A stretch of DNA of 25,858 nucleotides from a virus (taxonomy: Duplodnaviria > Caudoviricetes), in IMG/VR virus record IMGVR_UViG_3300029258_002279, positions 1 to 25,858 of that record. One strand, given 5' to 3'. This document shows, piece by piece, positions 8,423-18,318 of this stretch. The position numbers were made by a program, and so were the translations under genes. The notes beneath the pieces were generated by a model. It ran no database searches. It worked only from the letters and a program-made list of their open reading frames with translations, and was not told where the DNA came from. Numbering within the stretch: position 1 is the stretch's first letter; the number at the start of each line of letters is the position of its first letter.

Positions 8423-8980
8423 ATGGAAGTAAAAGAAACCGTGAGGCATGTGTCCATAGAGGAAGCAATTGCCGTAATGGCAAAAGACAATATCGATTTT
8501 ATCGAAATGCACAAAGGGTATTTTATGGCAGCAGATCTTCCATTCAGGCCACCGCTTCATATTGGATCCATTATTGTATGGCCGCCTGTCGACATTCACC
8601 CATCTGCTAAAATCGGCGAGGGTGTTGTTATCGGCAGGTACACGAACATATGCGGACCAATAGAAATCGGGGCACACACAAGAATTCAGGGATTCTGTTT
8701 CATCCCTGACAACATTAAAATCGGAGAACGGGTATTCATCGGGCCGAATGTGACATTCACGAATGTCAAACGTCCGAGGATACGTGAGAACGCAATGAAA
8801 ATCAGGGACGGCGTTACCATTGTTGAAAATGATGCCAATATTGGTGCCGGGGTGGTCATCTGCCCCGGCATCAAAATCGGAGCGCGCTCATTAATCGGCG
8901 CAGGCGCAGTCGTCACAAAAGATGTGCCACCGGATACGATCGTAATCGGTTGTCCCGCAACACACTACGGGGGTGTCTAA
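8423..8980 (+). CDS. Hexapeptide-repeat (LbH) acyltransferase, WbpD/QdtC/WxcM-like sugar N-acetyltransferase
   Basis: IHPSAKIGEGVVIG, IGERVFIGPNVTFTN..RPR, IGAGVVICPGIKIG..SLIGAGAVVTKDVPP...GCPA. Start codon uncertain. Confidence 0.85.
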   Translation: MEVKETVRHVSIEEAIAVMAKDNIDFIEMHKGYFMAADLPFRPPLHIGSIIVWPPVDIHPSAKIGEGVVIGRYTNICGPIEIGAHTRIQGFCFIPDNIKIGERVFIGPNVTFTNVKRPRIRENAMKIRDGVTIVENDANIGAGVVICPGIKIGARSLIGAGAVVTKDVPPDTIVIGCPATHYGGV

Positions 8981-9441
8981 TGAAAAGCTTAGAAAAACTT
9001 TATAAGTCAGACGAAAATCTTTCGATCAACGGGGTGCCGATCACTGTCGGATTCAATGAAAAAGACGAACCGATCACAATGATTGTGTGTGAGGCAGGGA
9101 ATCCGAACCATGAAAAGGCACAGCGCAGGCACAGCAGGGCACTGGAAGCATCCAGAAACAATTTCAAACGGCGCAAGCTCGTGATGGCTGAAATTATTCT
9201 CGACGGAAAGATCCTGAAAGACTGGAGTGGTGTGCTCGACAGTGATGGCAACGAAGTTCCTTTTACCCGAGAAAATGCAATCAAGGCTCTGACAAAGTAT
9301 GACCGGTTGATGAGTGATGTGATTAGCGCGGCGGATGATCACTTAAATTTCAAGAGTGAAGAAGAAATCATCGAAGGCGAGGAATCGGAAAAAAACTCCG
9401 GGAAGTCCTCGAGTGGGCAGTCAAGTACGGAGAACAGTTAG
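8980..9441 (+). CDS. Tail assembly chaperone (gpG-like)
   Basis: TAATG-coupled ATG at 8980, preferred over the track's 8950. ILKDWSGV.D.DG.EVPFT.ENA motif. Lies between tube and tape measure. Confidence 0.85.
   Translation: MKSLEKLYKSDENLSINGVPITVGFNEKDEPITMIVCEAGNPNHEKAQRRHSRALEASRNNFKRRKLVMAEIILDGKILKDWSGVLDSDGNEVPFTRENAIKALTKYDRLMSDVISAADDHLNFKSEEEIIEGEESEKNSGKSSSGQSSTENS
9390..9396 (+). other. Programmed -1 ribosomal frameshift slippery site A AAA AAC
   Basis: In-frame X XXY YYZ heptamer near the end of the chaperone. The -1 frame is open to 9737. Confidence 0.85.
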
Positions 9442-9737
9442 AATTTTTTGACAACCTGCGAAAGGACGGAATAGAAGATGATCTTCCTGCATACGATGAC
9501 AGGCCAATTCTATATGAAGATTTGTATAAAGACTACATGGCTTTTGTAGAACTTTCAGCACATAGGAATATTGACGGGATGTCGGGGTATATATTTCCAA
9601 TACACTTTTCTGAGATTGAAACGTATATGCGAATCAAACAAATCGAAGATTTGTCCGATCGGAAACACTTCATTGCTCGAATCAAGTTTATGGACAATGT
9701 GTACTGCAAGGCCATGAACGAGAAGAGGAAAAAATGA
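9393..9737 (+). CDS. Tail assembly chaperone gpT-like portion (translated as a G-T fusion, 8980-9737)
   Basis: -1 frame reads KLREVLEWAVKYGEQLEFF...AFVELSAHR..GM....PI.FSEIETY...MDNVY. Includes track ORF 9522-9737. ATGA-coupled to the tape measure gene. Confidence 0.8.
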   Translation, partial: KLREVLEWAVKYGEQLEFFDNLRKDGIEDDLPAYDDRPILYEDLYKDYMAFVELSAHRNIDGMSGYIFPIHFSEIETYMRIKQIEDLSDRKHFIARIKFMDNVYCKAMNEKRKK

Positions 9738-12700
9738 GCGACATAAATATTACCTTAGATGCAAAAAATGCGATCCGTGATGCCAATATACTAAAAGACG
9801 CGATGGTTGCGCTTGAAAACTCTGTGGTAAGTTTAGAGTCCAAAATGAACAAGCTGTTGCTGCGTGCCAACCTTGACACAAAGTCCGCAAGGGACAAAAT
9901 CAGGTATCTTTACAACCGCATCAAAGGAATATCCACGCTCAAACCAACTGTTGACATCGACACATCAGCTGCAACGCTCGCCCTCGACAAAATACTCGCA
10001 AAATTGAAATTAATAAAAGCTGAATCTGCAGGTCGCTGGACAGATACAATGTTTTCCGGAGGTACGTTTGAACATCCCGGGGTTGGTGTTGAAACTTCTG
10101 GTGCTGTAGAAAAAAGAGTTGCAGGCGAAGAAAAAATAATTCAAAAATTAAAAAGACAGGATGCTGCATACAAAGGGCATGAGACAAGGGCTAAAAACCT
10201 TGCAGCAAAAGCGGCAGAACGCGAACGACTGCTTGCCGGGCAGACAGCTCAAGAGAAAAAATTGATCGCTGAGTTGAGAGCTGAGGATGCTATCCAAGCT
10301 TCAATCCTTGCAAAAAAACGGGCAGCAATGGCACCGGGTGGAGCACATGCGCCTTCCAGGAAGGGAATAACAACTCAATTAAAGAATGAGGAGAGCATAC
10401 AAAAAGGAATAGAATCACACATTGCAAGGCAGAATGCGCTGGTAGAAAAAACTGTGGCACAAAGGAAAGTTGCATCTGCACTTCAAAGAGCAGAATCTCA
10501 GGAGCAGATGAAAATTGCTGCAGGTCAAAAGTTCATTCTTGACCGTGAGAAAAGCAGAAACCTTACAATGAAAGATATAAATGTTGAGGCTGCAAAAGAA
10601 TCTGTACTTGCAGGAAAAACATCTGCATTGAGAAGACAAGTTGTCAAAGAAATGTTAACAGCAAAAAATGCCGGAAAGCTCACAACTGCAGAACTACAAC
10701 GCCAAGAAGCGATTTTGATGAAGCATCTGGCTCTTATGAATCAAAAAAAGAATGCTGAAATTGCATCATTGCTTGCATTAAAAAAGGCAACAACAGGCAA
10801 AGCTCATGAATGGGATTGGGATGCTATCCCCGGTGGTGAAATTCCAACTGGAAGAGAATTAGACAAACGAATTGCACAAGCAAGTGGCGCTACACAAGAA
10901 AAACTTTCAATGATGAAAGAGTTTGAAGGAATGGATTTCAGTAAACCAAGCAGTGGGATAAAAAACATGGATAGCAACATGGAAGCTCTTAAAAATAGAA
11001 TTCGTGGGACTACAACACCATTGCGAAGATTCGCTGCATCACTGCTCGATCCGTTAAAATCCACTACTGGTATGACAAAGCTTGACGGTATTATAAGTAA
11101 CTTGCAGGGTAGTATCTTGGGCACTGCTAAGTCAGCAAAAAACATGGGTGCATCATTTCAACAGGCAGAAAAACAAATGAAGACTGCTGAAGATCTGATG
11201 AGATCATTGTCTGAAAAAGAAAAAGTTGCAGGGCGAACAATTGGCGGACTTCAGGCAGCAAAGCAATATGGAACAATGGCAGAAGGTCTTGGAAAATACA
11301 AAACTCAATTATTAAAAGGCGAAATTACACAAAAACAATTCAACAAACATGTCGCAGATACAGAAACAAGGATGAAGAAACTCGACAAATCCATTGGCGG
11401 AACAAACAAAACCGTCCGCCAAGGCCGTGGATTCTTTATGAACTTCACCATGGCATTGACCGCTGTAGCTGCTGCAATGTTTATCTGGCAGAAAGTCAAG
11501 CAGGTAATTACGGAGGTTGTTGATAAGGGCAAAGAGCTGTCAACCACTTTTGCAAAAATGCGTGCTGAAACGGACATACTCACGGATGCAACAGGCGGGT
11601 TTGCTTCACAGTTTCAATCCATGTCAAAAGGAACGATATGGGGTATAACAGATATGTATGAAGCATATAAAGAATTGCAACGTCAGGGTTTAGGTGCAGA
11701 TGCAGCAATGAAGCAAATAATCCCGACGTTAAAGATTGCGCGCAATGAAGACATGGAGCTTGCAGACGCAGCGAATATGGCTGCGTTTAATACGATGGGA
11801 TTAAGGGATCAGTATCTCAGGCTTGACGATGAAATGCAGAAAACAGGCGGTGAAGCATGGGATAGACTCAAACGGTCAATATCTGGTGTATTTGAATCCG
11901 CATACATGAGAGCAGAACCGGCAATCATAAAAACTTTGGAAAGTCTGTCAAAATGGGTAGATGATAATGCGGATGAATTAATTAAATTCTTTAAACGCAT
12001 CATAGAAATAGGAACCGATCTTTTATATTTTTTCACACGCGTTGGCGGAGCAATAGCAAAATTTATTGGGAACTTAATAGACCTTCAAAACGCAGAAGAC
12101 AAACTTACAAAAGCTGAAAAACTCGAAAAAAAGTTAGCACAATATGAAAGGATGGAAAAAGACATACTGGCTCAGATAAATATTCAAGCCAGCTTCAAGG
12201 TTAAAGAACCTGACATGGAAGCTGCAAAAAAATCATTATCAAACAGCTTAACTGTTGAAGACATGACTATAAGCCCAAAAGTAACTGTGAAGCCAGATAT
12301 TGTGCCACCTGATGAAAAGGTTGTCAGGGAAATTGTAGATCAGTTTTCCACAATGGAAGACACATTTACTCCAGCTACAATAAAATCAGCTGGTGATCTT
12401 GAAAAACAGTTGAGCAAAGTCAGAACTGAAATCATAGCGATAAAAAAAGAACTTGCTGCCGAGGCACCAAAAGAAACGGGCGTGCTCAAACCAAAGGTCG
12501 AAGACATAACAAAAGCTTGGCAATATGTGTACGATCAAACCGGGAGAATGACAGAAAGATTTTACCAATCACAAATGGACAAGGCAGTTGAAAGCGGTAA
12601 TACTCATATATCCACGCTCAAAAAAATAGGGGATACCGGCGGCGCAAGGCTCGCATTACTTGCCCAAAGAACTGCCGTATACAATCTCGAATGGCAAAAA

Positions 12701-14257
12701 CTTGCTCCATACATGAAGGAACATCAGGATTATTTTGAGACTACGAGCAGAATGTCTGACAAATATTTTGACTTGCTTGTCAAAAAAATGACAGATGAAA
12801 TTAGGCTCTATGATGATTTAAGTATTGCAGAACAGCAAGAACTCATAAACATCAAAAAGAAGGGGATCGAAATACAACGGCTCGAAGCCTCGATAAAACC
12901 TCAAAGAGAAATATTCGAACAGACCGGAGAAATGACGGATGCACTGTATGACAGGATGATTAACAAGGCAAAAAGTGCATATCGGACACGGCTAAACATC
13001 ATTAAAGGTGGTGCAAAAGAAGAAGCTGCCGCACTGAGGGCACTCGCTGTTGAAATTATTCAAATAGAAAAAGACAAGTGGGCCAAAGCCCTTGATCTTG
13101 CAAATGAATATTTTGATGTAATGGGAAAGCCGTCAAAAGACTTTGAAAAATTAAATCTTCAAGACATGGCAATGACGACCATGCAGAATATTCAAAGTGG
13201 AATGCCTAAAGATGAAGCGATAGAAATGTATTACAGGATGGTAGATAGAATGCACGATGAAGTCCTTCAGCCAATACTTGAAGGATGGGAAAATTATTAT
13301 GACATGACACATAAAATGTCGGAAAAGCATTATGCAACACAAGTGGATCTGCTAACAAACGAGTATAAATACATGAAAAGCACGCTCGACGACGAGCTTG
13401 CCGCGAGGGAATGGCTCCATCAAAAGGTCATAGAGCTTGATATTCAAAAGCTTGAATCAACAGAAAACGCATGTGACGGAATCAAAGCAGCGTGGGCGAG
13501 GATGATCGAGGACACAGAAACGCTCGCTGAAACGATATCCGATGTATGGCAGGACGGATTTGCAGAAATGGACGATGCATTGCGCGAAGGATTCTTTGAT
13601 CTCGTAAAAGGCGAGTGGGACGATCTCGGCGACCACGCCATGAATGTGCTTTACGCCATACAGGACACACTGAATGCGACCGTATATGAAATGATTAAAA
13701 ATTGGACAAAAAGCAAAATCAAGGACATATTCGGAAACATGCTCGGAGGATCGACGGAAGAGGACATAGTAAAAAAAGTCAGCAATGAGGCCAAAGAAAG
13801 AACCAAGCTCACAGCTGTTCTGTCAGGGCAAACCGCAGCAGTCAAGATATTGAACGCTGCATATCAGGAATTACTGATTACTCTTACTGCATTGCAGGCT
13901 GTCGGTGGCGGAGGAAGTTATGGCTGGGGAGCAACTGGATATGTAAGCTTTCACAGAGGTGGAGTTGCTGGAATTGATTCAGCACCGACACGTCAAATGC
14001 CGACTGGCTTGCTCTTGGGTGCTCCGCGTCTTCACACCGGATTAATGAGCGATGAGTATCCGGCGATCTTAAGAAAAAATGAATCCGTGCTAACACCGGG
14101 ACAGATGAAGGCTTTAGGCGGACAGACAGCACAAACAACAAACACGCTGAGTATAAACGTACCGGTGAATGTGGACGCAAACACAAAACTTGCCAGCAGA
14201 TTGAGGACAGAGGTTGAGGAGCTTATCAAAAATGTAATGGACGAGGAGATGCGCTAA
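9734..14257 (+). CDS. Tape measure protein, 1507 aa
   Basis: Long helical Ala/Lys/Glu-rich ORF after the frameshifted chaperones. Hydrophobic segment FFMNFTMALTAVAAAMFIW. C-terminal FH.GG...PRLHTG..SDE.PAIL...E.VLT motif. Confidence 0.92.
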   Translation: MSDINITLDAKNAIRDANILKDAMVALENSVVSLESKMNKLLLRANLDTKSARDKIRYLYNRIKGISTLKPTVDIDTSAATLALDKILAKLKLIKAESAGRWTDTMFSGGTFEHPGVGVETSGAVEKRVAGEEKIIQKLKRQDAAYKGHETRAKNLAAKAAERERLLAGQTAQEKKLIAELRAEDAIQASILAKKRAAMAPGGAHAPSRKGITTQLKNEESIQKGIESHIARQNALVEKTVAQRKVASALQRAESQEQMKIAAGQKFILDREKSRNLTMKDINVEAAKESVLAGKTSALRRQVVKEMLTAKNAGKLTTAELQRQEAILMKHLALMNQKKNAEIASLLALKKATTGKAHEWDWDAIPGGEIPTGRELDKRIAQASGATQEKLSMMKEFEGMDFSKPSSGIKNMDSNMEALKNRIRGTTTPLRRFAASLLDPLKSTTGMTKLDGIISNLQGSILGTAKSAKNMGASFQQAEKQMKTAEDLMRSLSEKEKVAGRTIGGLQAAKQYGTMAEGLGKYKTQLLKGEITQKQFNKHVADTETRMKKLDKSIGGTNKTVRQGRGFFMNFTMALTAVAAAMFIWQKVKQVITEVVDKGKELSTTFAKMRAETDILTDATGGFASQFQSMSKGTIWGITDMYEAYKELQRQGLGADAAMKQIIPTLKIARNEDMELADAANMAAFNTMGLRDQYLRLDDEMQKTGGEAWDRLKRSISGVFESAYMRAEPAIIKTLESLSKWVDDNADELIKFFKRIIEIGTDLLYFFTRVGGAIAKFIGNLIDLQNAEDKLTKAEKLEKKLAQYERMEKDILAQINIQASFKVKEPDMEAAKKSLSNSLTVEDMTISPKVTVKPDIVPPDEKVVREIVDQFSTMEDTFTPATIKSAGDLEKQLSKVRTEIIAIKKELAAEAPKETGVLKPKVEDITKAWQYVYDQTGRMTERFYQSQMDKAVESGNTHISTLKKIGDTGGARLALLAQRTAVYNLEWQKLAPYMKEHQDYFETTSRMSDKYFDLLVKKMTDEIRLYDDLSIAEQQELINIKKKGIEIQRLEASIKPQREIFEQTGEMTDALYDRMINKAKSAYRTRLNIIKGGAKEEAAALRALAVEIIQIEKDKWAKALDLANEYFDVMGKPSKDFEKLNLQDMAMTTMQNIQSGMPKDEAIEMYYRMVDRMHDEVLQPILEGWENYYDMTHKMSEKHYATQVDLLTNEYKYMKSTLDDELAAREWLHQKVIELDIQKLESTENACDGIKAAWARMIEDTETLAETISDVWQDGFAEMDDALREGFFDLVKGEWDDLGDHAMNVLYAIQDTLNATVYEMIKNWTKSKIKDIFGNMLGGSTEEDIVKKVSNEAKERTKLTAVLSGQTAAVKILNAAYQELLITLTALQAVGGGGSYGWGATGYVSFHRGGVAGIDSAPTRQMPTGLLLGAPRLHTGLMSDEYPAILRKNESVLTPGQMKALGGQTAQTTNTLSINVPVNVDANTKLASRLRTEVEELIKNVMDEEMR

Positions 14258-14622
14258 TGGCTACCATGATGACACTGGGTGGATATGCATTCACTCTAAA
14301 CCCGGAAGAAGCTAACATGCCAATACCGGCAAAACGCGCTGATTTTCTGGAAACATTTGGCGGAGTGGCATATTTTTCATGGGGCACATTCATAGAAGGT
14401 TCTGAGATAAAATTAAAATGGTCATATATGTCTGTTGCAATGTTCGAAACTCTCCAGACAAAATTCGAGGCAGACACGCAAATTGTGTTTACTCCGGGAG
14501 ATGGAAACAGTTACAACGTCGAAATAACAGACCTGAAAGGTAAATGGTTTCTTGATCAGACAGCAGGAGCACAATTCAGAGGAGACATAGAAGCAACACT
14601 TCTTATAATGTCGGAGGTATAA
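14257..14622 (+). CDS. Distal tail protein
   Basis: 121 aa immediately after the tape measure gene (TAATG). Beta-rich, with an I.LKWSYMS...F..L pattern. Confidence 0.65.
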   Translation: MATMMTLGGYAFTLNPEEANMPIPAKRADFLETFGGVAYFSWGTFIEGSEIKLKWSYMSVAMFETLQTKFEADTQIVFTPGDGNSYNVEITDLKGKWFLDQTAGAQFRGDIEATLLIMSEV

Positions 14623-17600
14623 ATGTCTATCACTCTCGACCCAACTTTAAAGACAGCTCAGGACGGTGTTAGCCATCGTCCGATCTTCAAACTCACAAGT
14701 TCTCCAATGGGTGAAATAATCCCAACATCTGGCAATTATTTTAATACCCTGTCAACAACGGAAGAAGAGCCGCATATTACACTACTTTCAAGTGGCAGGC
14801 TGGCTGTAATCTTGGAAAGAGCGAATGCGTTAAAATATCTTTATACACCGACAGATAGAAGTGAATTTACTGAAGTTTCAATCTCAATTCCATCCACACA
14901 CAATGCTTCAGGGGCGTGCCTGTGCGAACTTACTGATGGAAATGTCGGCATCATATTTGCTACAAACAACAGATATCTTTATTATAAAATCATAACGCCA
15001 ACAGGAACGACTGTCACAGAATACACACAAATTTATGATGCCGGATCTGGAGCTTGGGTAGCAAATCCATATGTTATCACGCTGGCAAACAATACCTATC
15101 TGCTTGTGTATCCCGAAGGAACCGGAACCCCGCCAAGTGAATCAAACACATATTATCTACAGCAAAGAACCTCAAGCAATTTTACTTCATGGAGTGCGGC
15201 AACAAATATCACGCCGGGGGCATTCGCATCTTTAAGGTATTGTAATAATCCACACCTGCTTCAAATTGCAAGTGGCAGAATCATACTGCATGTTGATTAT
15301 CTGTCCCAATATATCAATAATGTTGAATTGAATAATGTTTTTTATATGACATCTGACGATAACGGATCAAGCTGGTCGGGCGCAACCAACGTAACAAATA
15401 TAACCGAAATAGGAGAATCGGCCATCCATCCAACAGCTGCGGAAAAAGAAAACGGCGATGTTACATTCATGTATGCATTTAAATCTGTTGTCAAAATGCT
15501 TGATGAAAACATGGACGGGTATCCATATGGAGAAATAAAGACTGGTGGATTTATTGAGTTTGATCCTGATACAAGAAAAATCATCTGGCATCATGGCATT
15601 CATAGTGTTGGGTTACCACATGTTGGCATGACAACAATAAATGTCGATGGATGGGAATGGAATGAAACGTTGACAGAACAAACGATCCCTGCTCTGTGGT
15701 CACAAGGGTATGACATTTACGGTGAATCACATTGTGAGTGGACGGTAGCCAGATTGTCATATGGAAATCCTGCAGGAATTCATGCAATAAATCATAACAC
15801 AAATGAAATTAAACTGTATATGTTTGGCCAATATGCCGGAAATGGTGTTACATATGCTTTCAATTATGCTTGTGGCTATGCAAATCAGAATCAAAAGTGT
15901 TTCATGGCGGTAGAACATGATGGATTACAAAAATTATTTATTCTTCATCAATGTTCTGGTTATGGCTCTTATGATGCCAACCTTGGCTGGATTGATTTAA
16001 ACCAGGTTGCAGATCCGATAAGTGGATTATATGACTATACTGAACTTTGGAGAGACGCTGGATCTAGTAGTATAAGCACGGCAATCGTGGGAACTGTTCT
16101 TGGTGCAGGATCATCAAGGTGGGATTATGTCCATGATTATTTCTGCACACATACATGGAATTATCGTCACACAAATCCAGGACTGGTGTGCTGGAATACT
16201 AATGGAACAATTGTCCTTGAATTAAGCAGGGCTACTTTAACTGAATTTCCTCGTTGTGGGGTTAGAAGTTTTATGTTCGTTGAAAATGATGTGTATTTTT
16301 CATTTCCATACTGGGAAGACGAGCCAGACAGAAGGGGTCTTGGTCATTATCAGGCATCAACAGGGACAGTCATATTTCATCAGCCGACATGGGCAACAGT
16401 TAATGATTTCGAGTTTGACCATTTTGTTGACATGGGTGATGGGCGTATATTGATGACTAGTAATAATACGCTGGCAAATGGCGGTGGAATTGCAATCTTT
16501 GATACGACTACTGGGTCATGGCAAATAATAAATGATGATACATATCCAGGTTTTGGAAGAACAGGGGCATATTGGTCTAGTCTTGCATACGATCCGGTAA
16601 CAAAAACAATTTTTGCAATATATAATGATCAATTAATTGCATTTTCGGAATACGGCCCATATAGTTCATTGATGAGCACAGATATTACTAGTGTTAATTC
16701 AACATTTGATTATGGCGATTACTATACGTTCACGGCAAATTTCTTTGAATATCAATCAAACATTGTTTATGATCCTGATGGAGTGCTCTGGGCTGTGTGG
16801 CAACACCTTGAAGCTGGAACCGAATATTCTGCAAAATGGGTTAACCTTCTTGATGATCTTGAAATCACAGACGATGTGTCAATAAATACAAACATCGAAA
16901 TCAAATGGGACATTGAAAAGCCAACCCAGTTAAAATTCGGGCTTGCGCGTGGACATCTGTTCGATCCACAAAACTTTATGTCAACGCTGTCTCCATTTAT
17001 GAGAAAGGGCCGAAAAATAGTGGTTGAATTTGGTGAAAAGGTTAGTGATACGGACTACTATCAACCACAAGGAGAATTTTGCATAAAAAAAACCGCCATG
17101 TCATACTCGACAAGAGATTACCCAGAACTTAAAGTAACTGGAGAAGATTTCAGGGTGCTTTGGGAAGACAATGAAGTCGTTGCAACAATGTATTATGAAA
17201 ATCAAACCCCTTATAACACGCTTTATCATATATTAACCAACCATGGAGACATGGAAGATACAGAATTAGACATCCCAAGCCCTTTTGAAAATGCTCATAA
17301 TCTGCATGCTCAGTGGGTCGATATGACGCTTGAAGATATCGTGAAAGAAATACTCGACCACTTCGGATATTTTCCGTTTGTAAATGTAAGCGGTGATTTT
17401 GAACCAAGGTATATCGACATGGATAAAGCAACTGATCATGCATATACAAATGTTACTCAGCTCACGGAATACAGCCCGAACGATTCATACTCAACATTCA
17501 TTAATCGGGTCATTGTAAAGGGCATTTCACATGTATACACCGAAGTTCTTTACGGCGAAGAATGTGTTACAAGCTTGAACGGAACGACAGGTTTCTGGGG

Positions 17601-18318
17601 TAAGGAAAACGATGAAGTTGTCTGGTATTCGAATGATCATCAGGATTCATGCAGATATCCAAGGCTTGAAATCATAGAAAGCGTTGCCAATGCTGGTATA
17701 TTCGGAATTCAAATGGGCGGTGGCCATGAATCAATAACGGATGTTGATGAAGATGAGCATTATGTAATTGTTACGATTGTTGCTCCGGATCTCACCGGTT
17801 TGTTCATACTGACATGTTCTTCATTGGTTACTTTGGGAGTAGCGGCACTTATGTGCGATGGAGCTTTTACTGGCAATTGCGGCTGGTACATCATGGGCTG
17901 TATGATGCTTGTGAATGTAATTGTATACATCCTCGGGGCAGTCGCTTCATATAATTACAATATATGGGCTCGTCCTATTGGCCACGAAAAAAGTACTTTT
18001 CAAGCAAATGCAGATGATGAAGATTTTCAGCGTGAAATCGGAAATAAAATCATACCAACAACCATTGACGATCCAATGGCATATACAATTGCAATTTGTC
18101 AATCGGTTGCGGATCATGAACTTTCAATCGTTATGGCACAAAGAAGAAGGTTAAAATTTAAAAAGACTGCACATTTAATGGACGAGATCGGCGATGTGCT
18201 TGAGCTGATACATCCGTATTCAGGTGAGGTTTTAAAGGTATTTGTGCCAACCATGACACGAAAAATGACGATAGGCAAAGAATTCATTGATGAGATTGAA
18301 GGCTGGAGAATCATGTAA
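14623..18318 (+). CDS. Tail tip/hub protein with N-terminal beta-propeller (BNR/Asp-box) domains, 1231 aa
   Basis: Asp-box motifs YMTSDDNGSSWS and RTSSNFTSWS. C-terminal hub-like part (QGEF.I, LKVTGED, INRVIVKG, EIGDVLEL). Position after the distal tail gene. Confidence 0.75.
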   Translation: MSITLDPTLKTAQDGVSHRPIFKLTSSPMGEIIPTSGNYFNTLSTTEEEPHITLLSSGRLAVILERANALKYLYTPTDRSEFTEVSISIPSTHNASGACLCELTDGNVGIIFATNNRYLYYKIITPTGTTVTEYTQIYDAGSGAWVANPYVITLANNTYLLVYPEGTGTPPSESNTYYLQQRTSSNFTSWSAATNITPGAFASLRYCNNPHLLQIASGRIILHVDYLSQYINNVELNNVFYMTSDDNGSSWSGATNVTNITEIGESAIHPTAAEKENGDVTFMYAFKSVVKMLDENMDGYPYGEIKTGGFIEFDPDTRKIIWHHGIHSVGLPHVGMTTINVDGWEWNETLTEQTIPALWSQGYDIYGESHCEWTVARLSYGNPAGIHAINHNTNEIKLYMFGQYAGNGVTYAFNYACGYANQNQKCFMAVEHDGLQKLFILHQCSGYGSYDANLGWIDLNQVADPISGLYDYTELWRDAGSSSISTAIVGTVLGAGSSRWDYVHDYFCTHTWNYRHTNPGLVCWNTNGTIVLELSRATLTEFPRCGVRSFMFVENDVYFSFPYWEDEPDRRGLGHYQASTGTVIFHQPTWATVNDFEFDHFVDMGDGRILMTSNNTLANGGGIAIFDTTTGSWQIINDDTYPGFGRTGAYWSSLAYDPVTKTIFAIYNDQLIAFSEYGPYSSLMSTDITSVNSTFDYGDYYTFTANFFEYQSNIVYDPDGVLWAVWQHLEAGTEYSAKWVNLLDDLEITDDVSINTNIEIKWDIEKPTQLKFGLARGHLFDPQNFMSTLSPFMRKGRKIVVEFGEKVSDTDYYQPQGEFCIKKTAMSYSTRDYPELKVTGEDFRVLWEDNEVVATMYYENQTPYNTLYHILTNHGDMEDTELDIPSPFENAHNLHAQWVDMTLEDIVKEILDHFGYFPFVNVSGDFEPRYIDMDKATDHAYTNVTQLTEYSPNDSYSTFINRVIVKGISHVYTEVLYGEECVTSLNGTTGFWGKENDEVVWYSNDHQDSCRYPRLEIIESVANAGIFGIQMGGGHESITDVDEDEHYVIVTIVAPDLTGLFILTCSSLVTLGVAALMCDGAFTGNCGWYIMGCMMLVNVIVYILGAVASYNYNIWARPIGHEKSTFQANADDEDFQREIGNKIIPTTIDDPMAYTIAICQSVADHELSIVMAQRRRLKFKKTAHLMDEIGDVLELIHPYSGEVLKVFVPTMTRKMTIGKEFIDEIEGWRIM

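Noticed and set aside
9929-12622. 15-bp repeat ATATCCACGCTCAAA twice in the tape measure gene
   Set aside because: Both copies encode ISTLK in frame with no flanking similarity, so they are not att-like or mobile-element ends.
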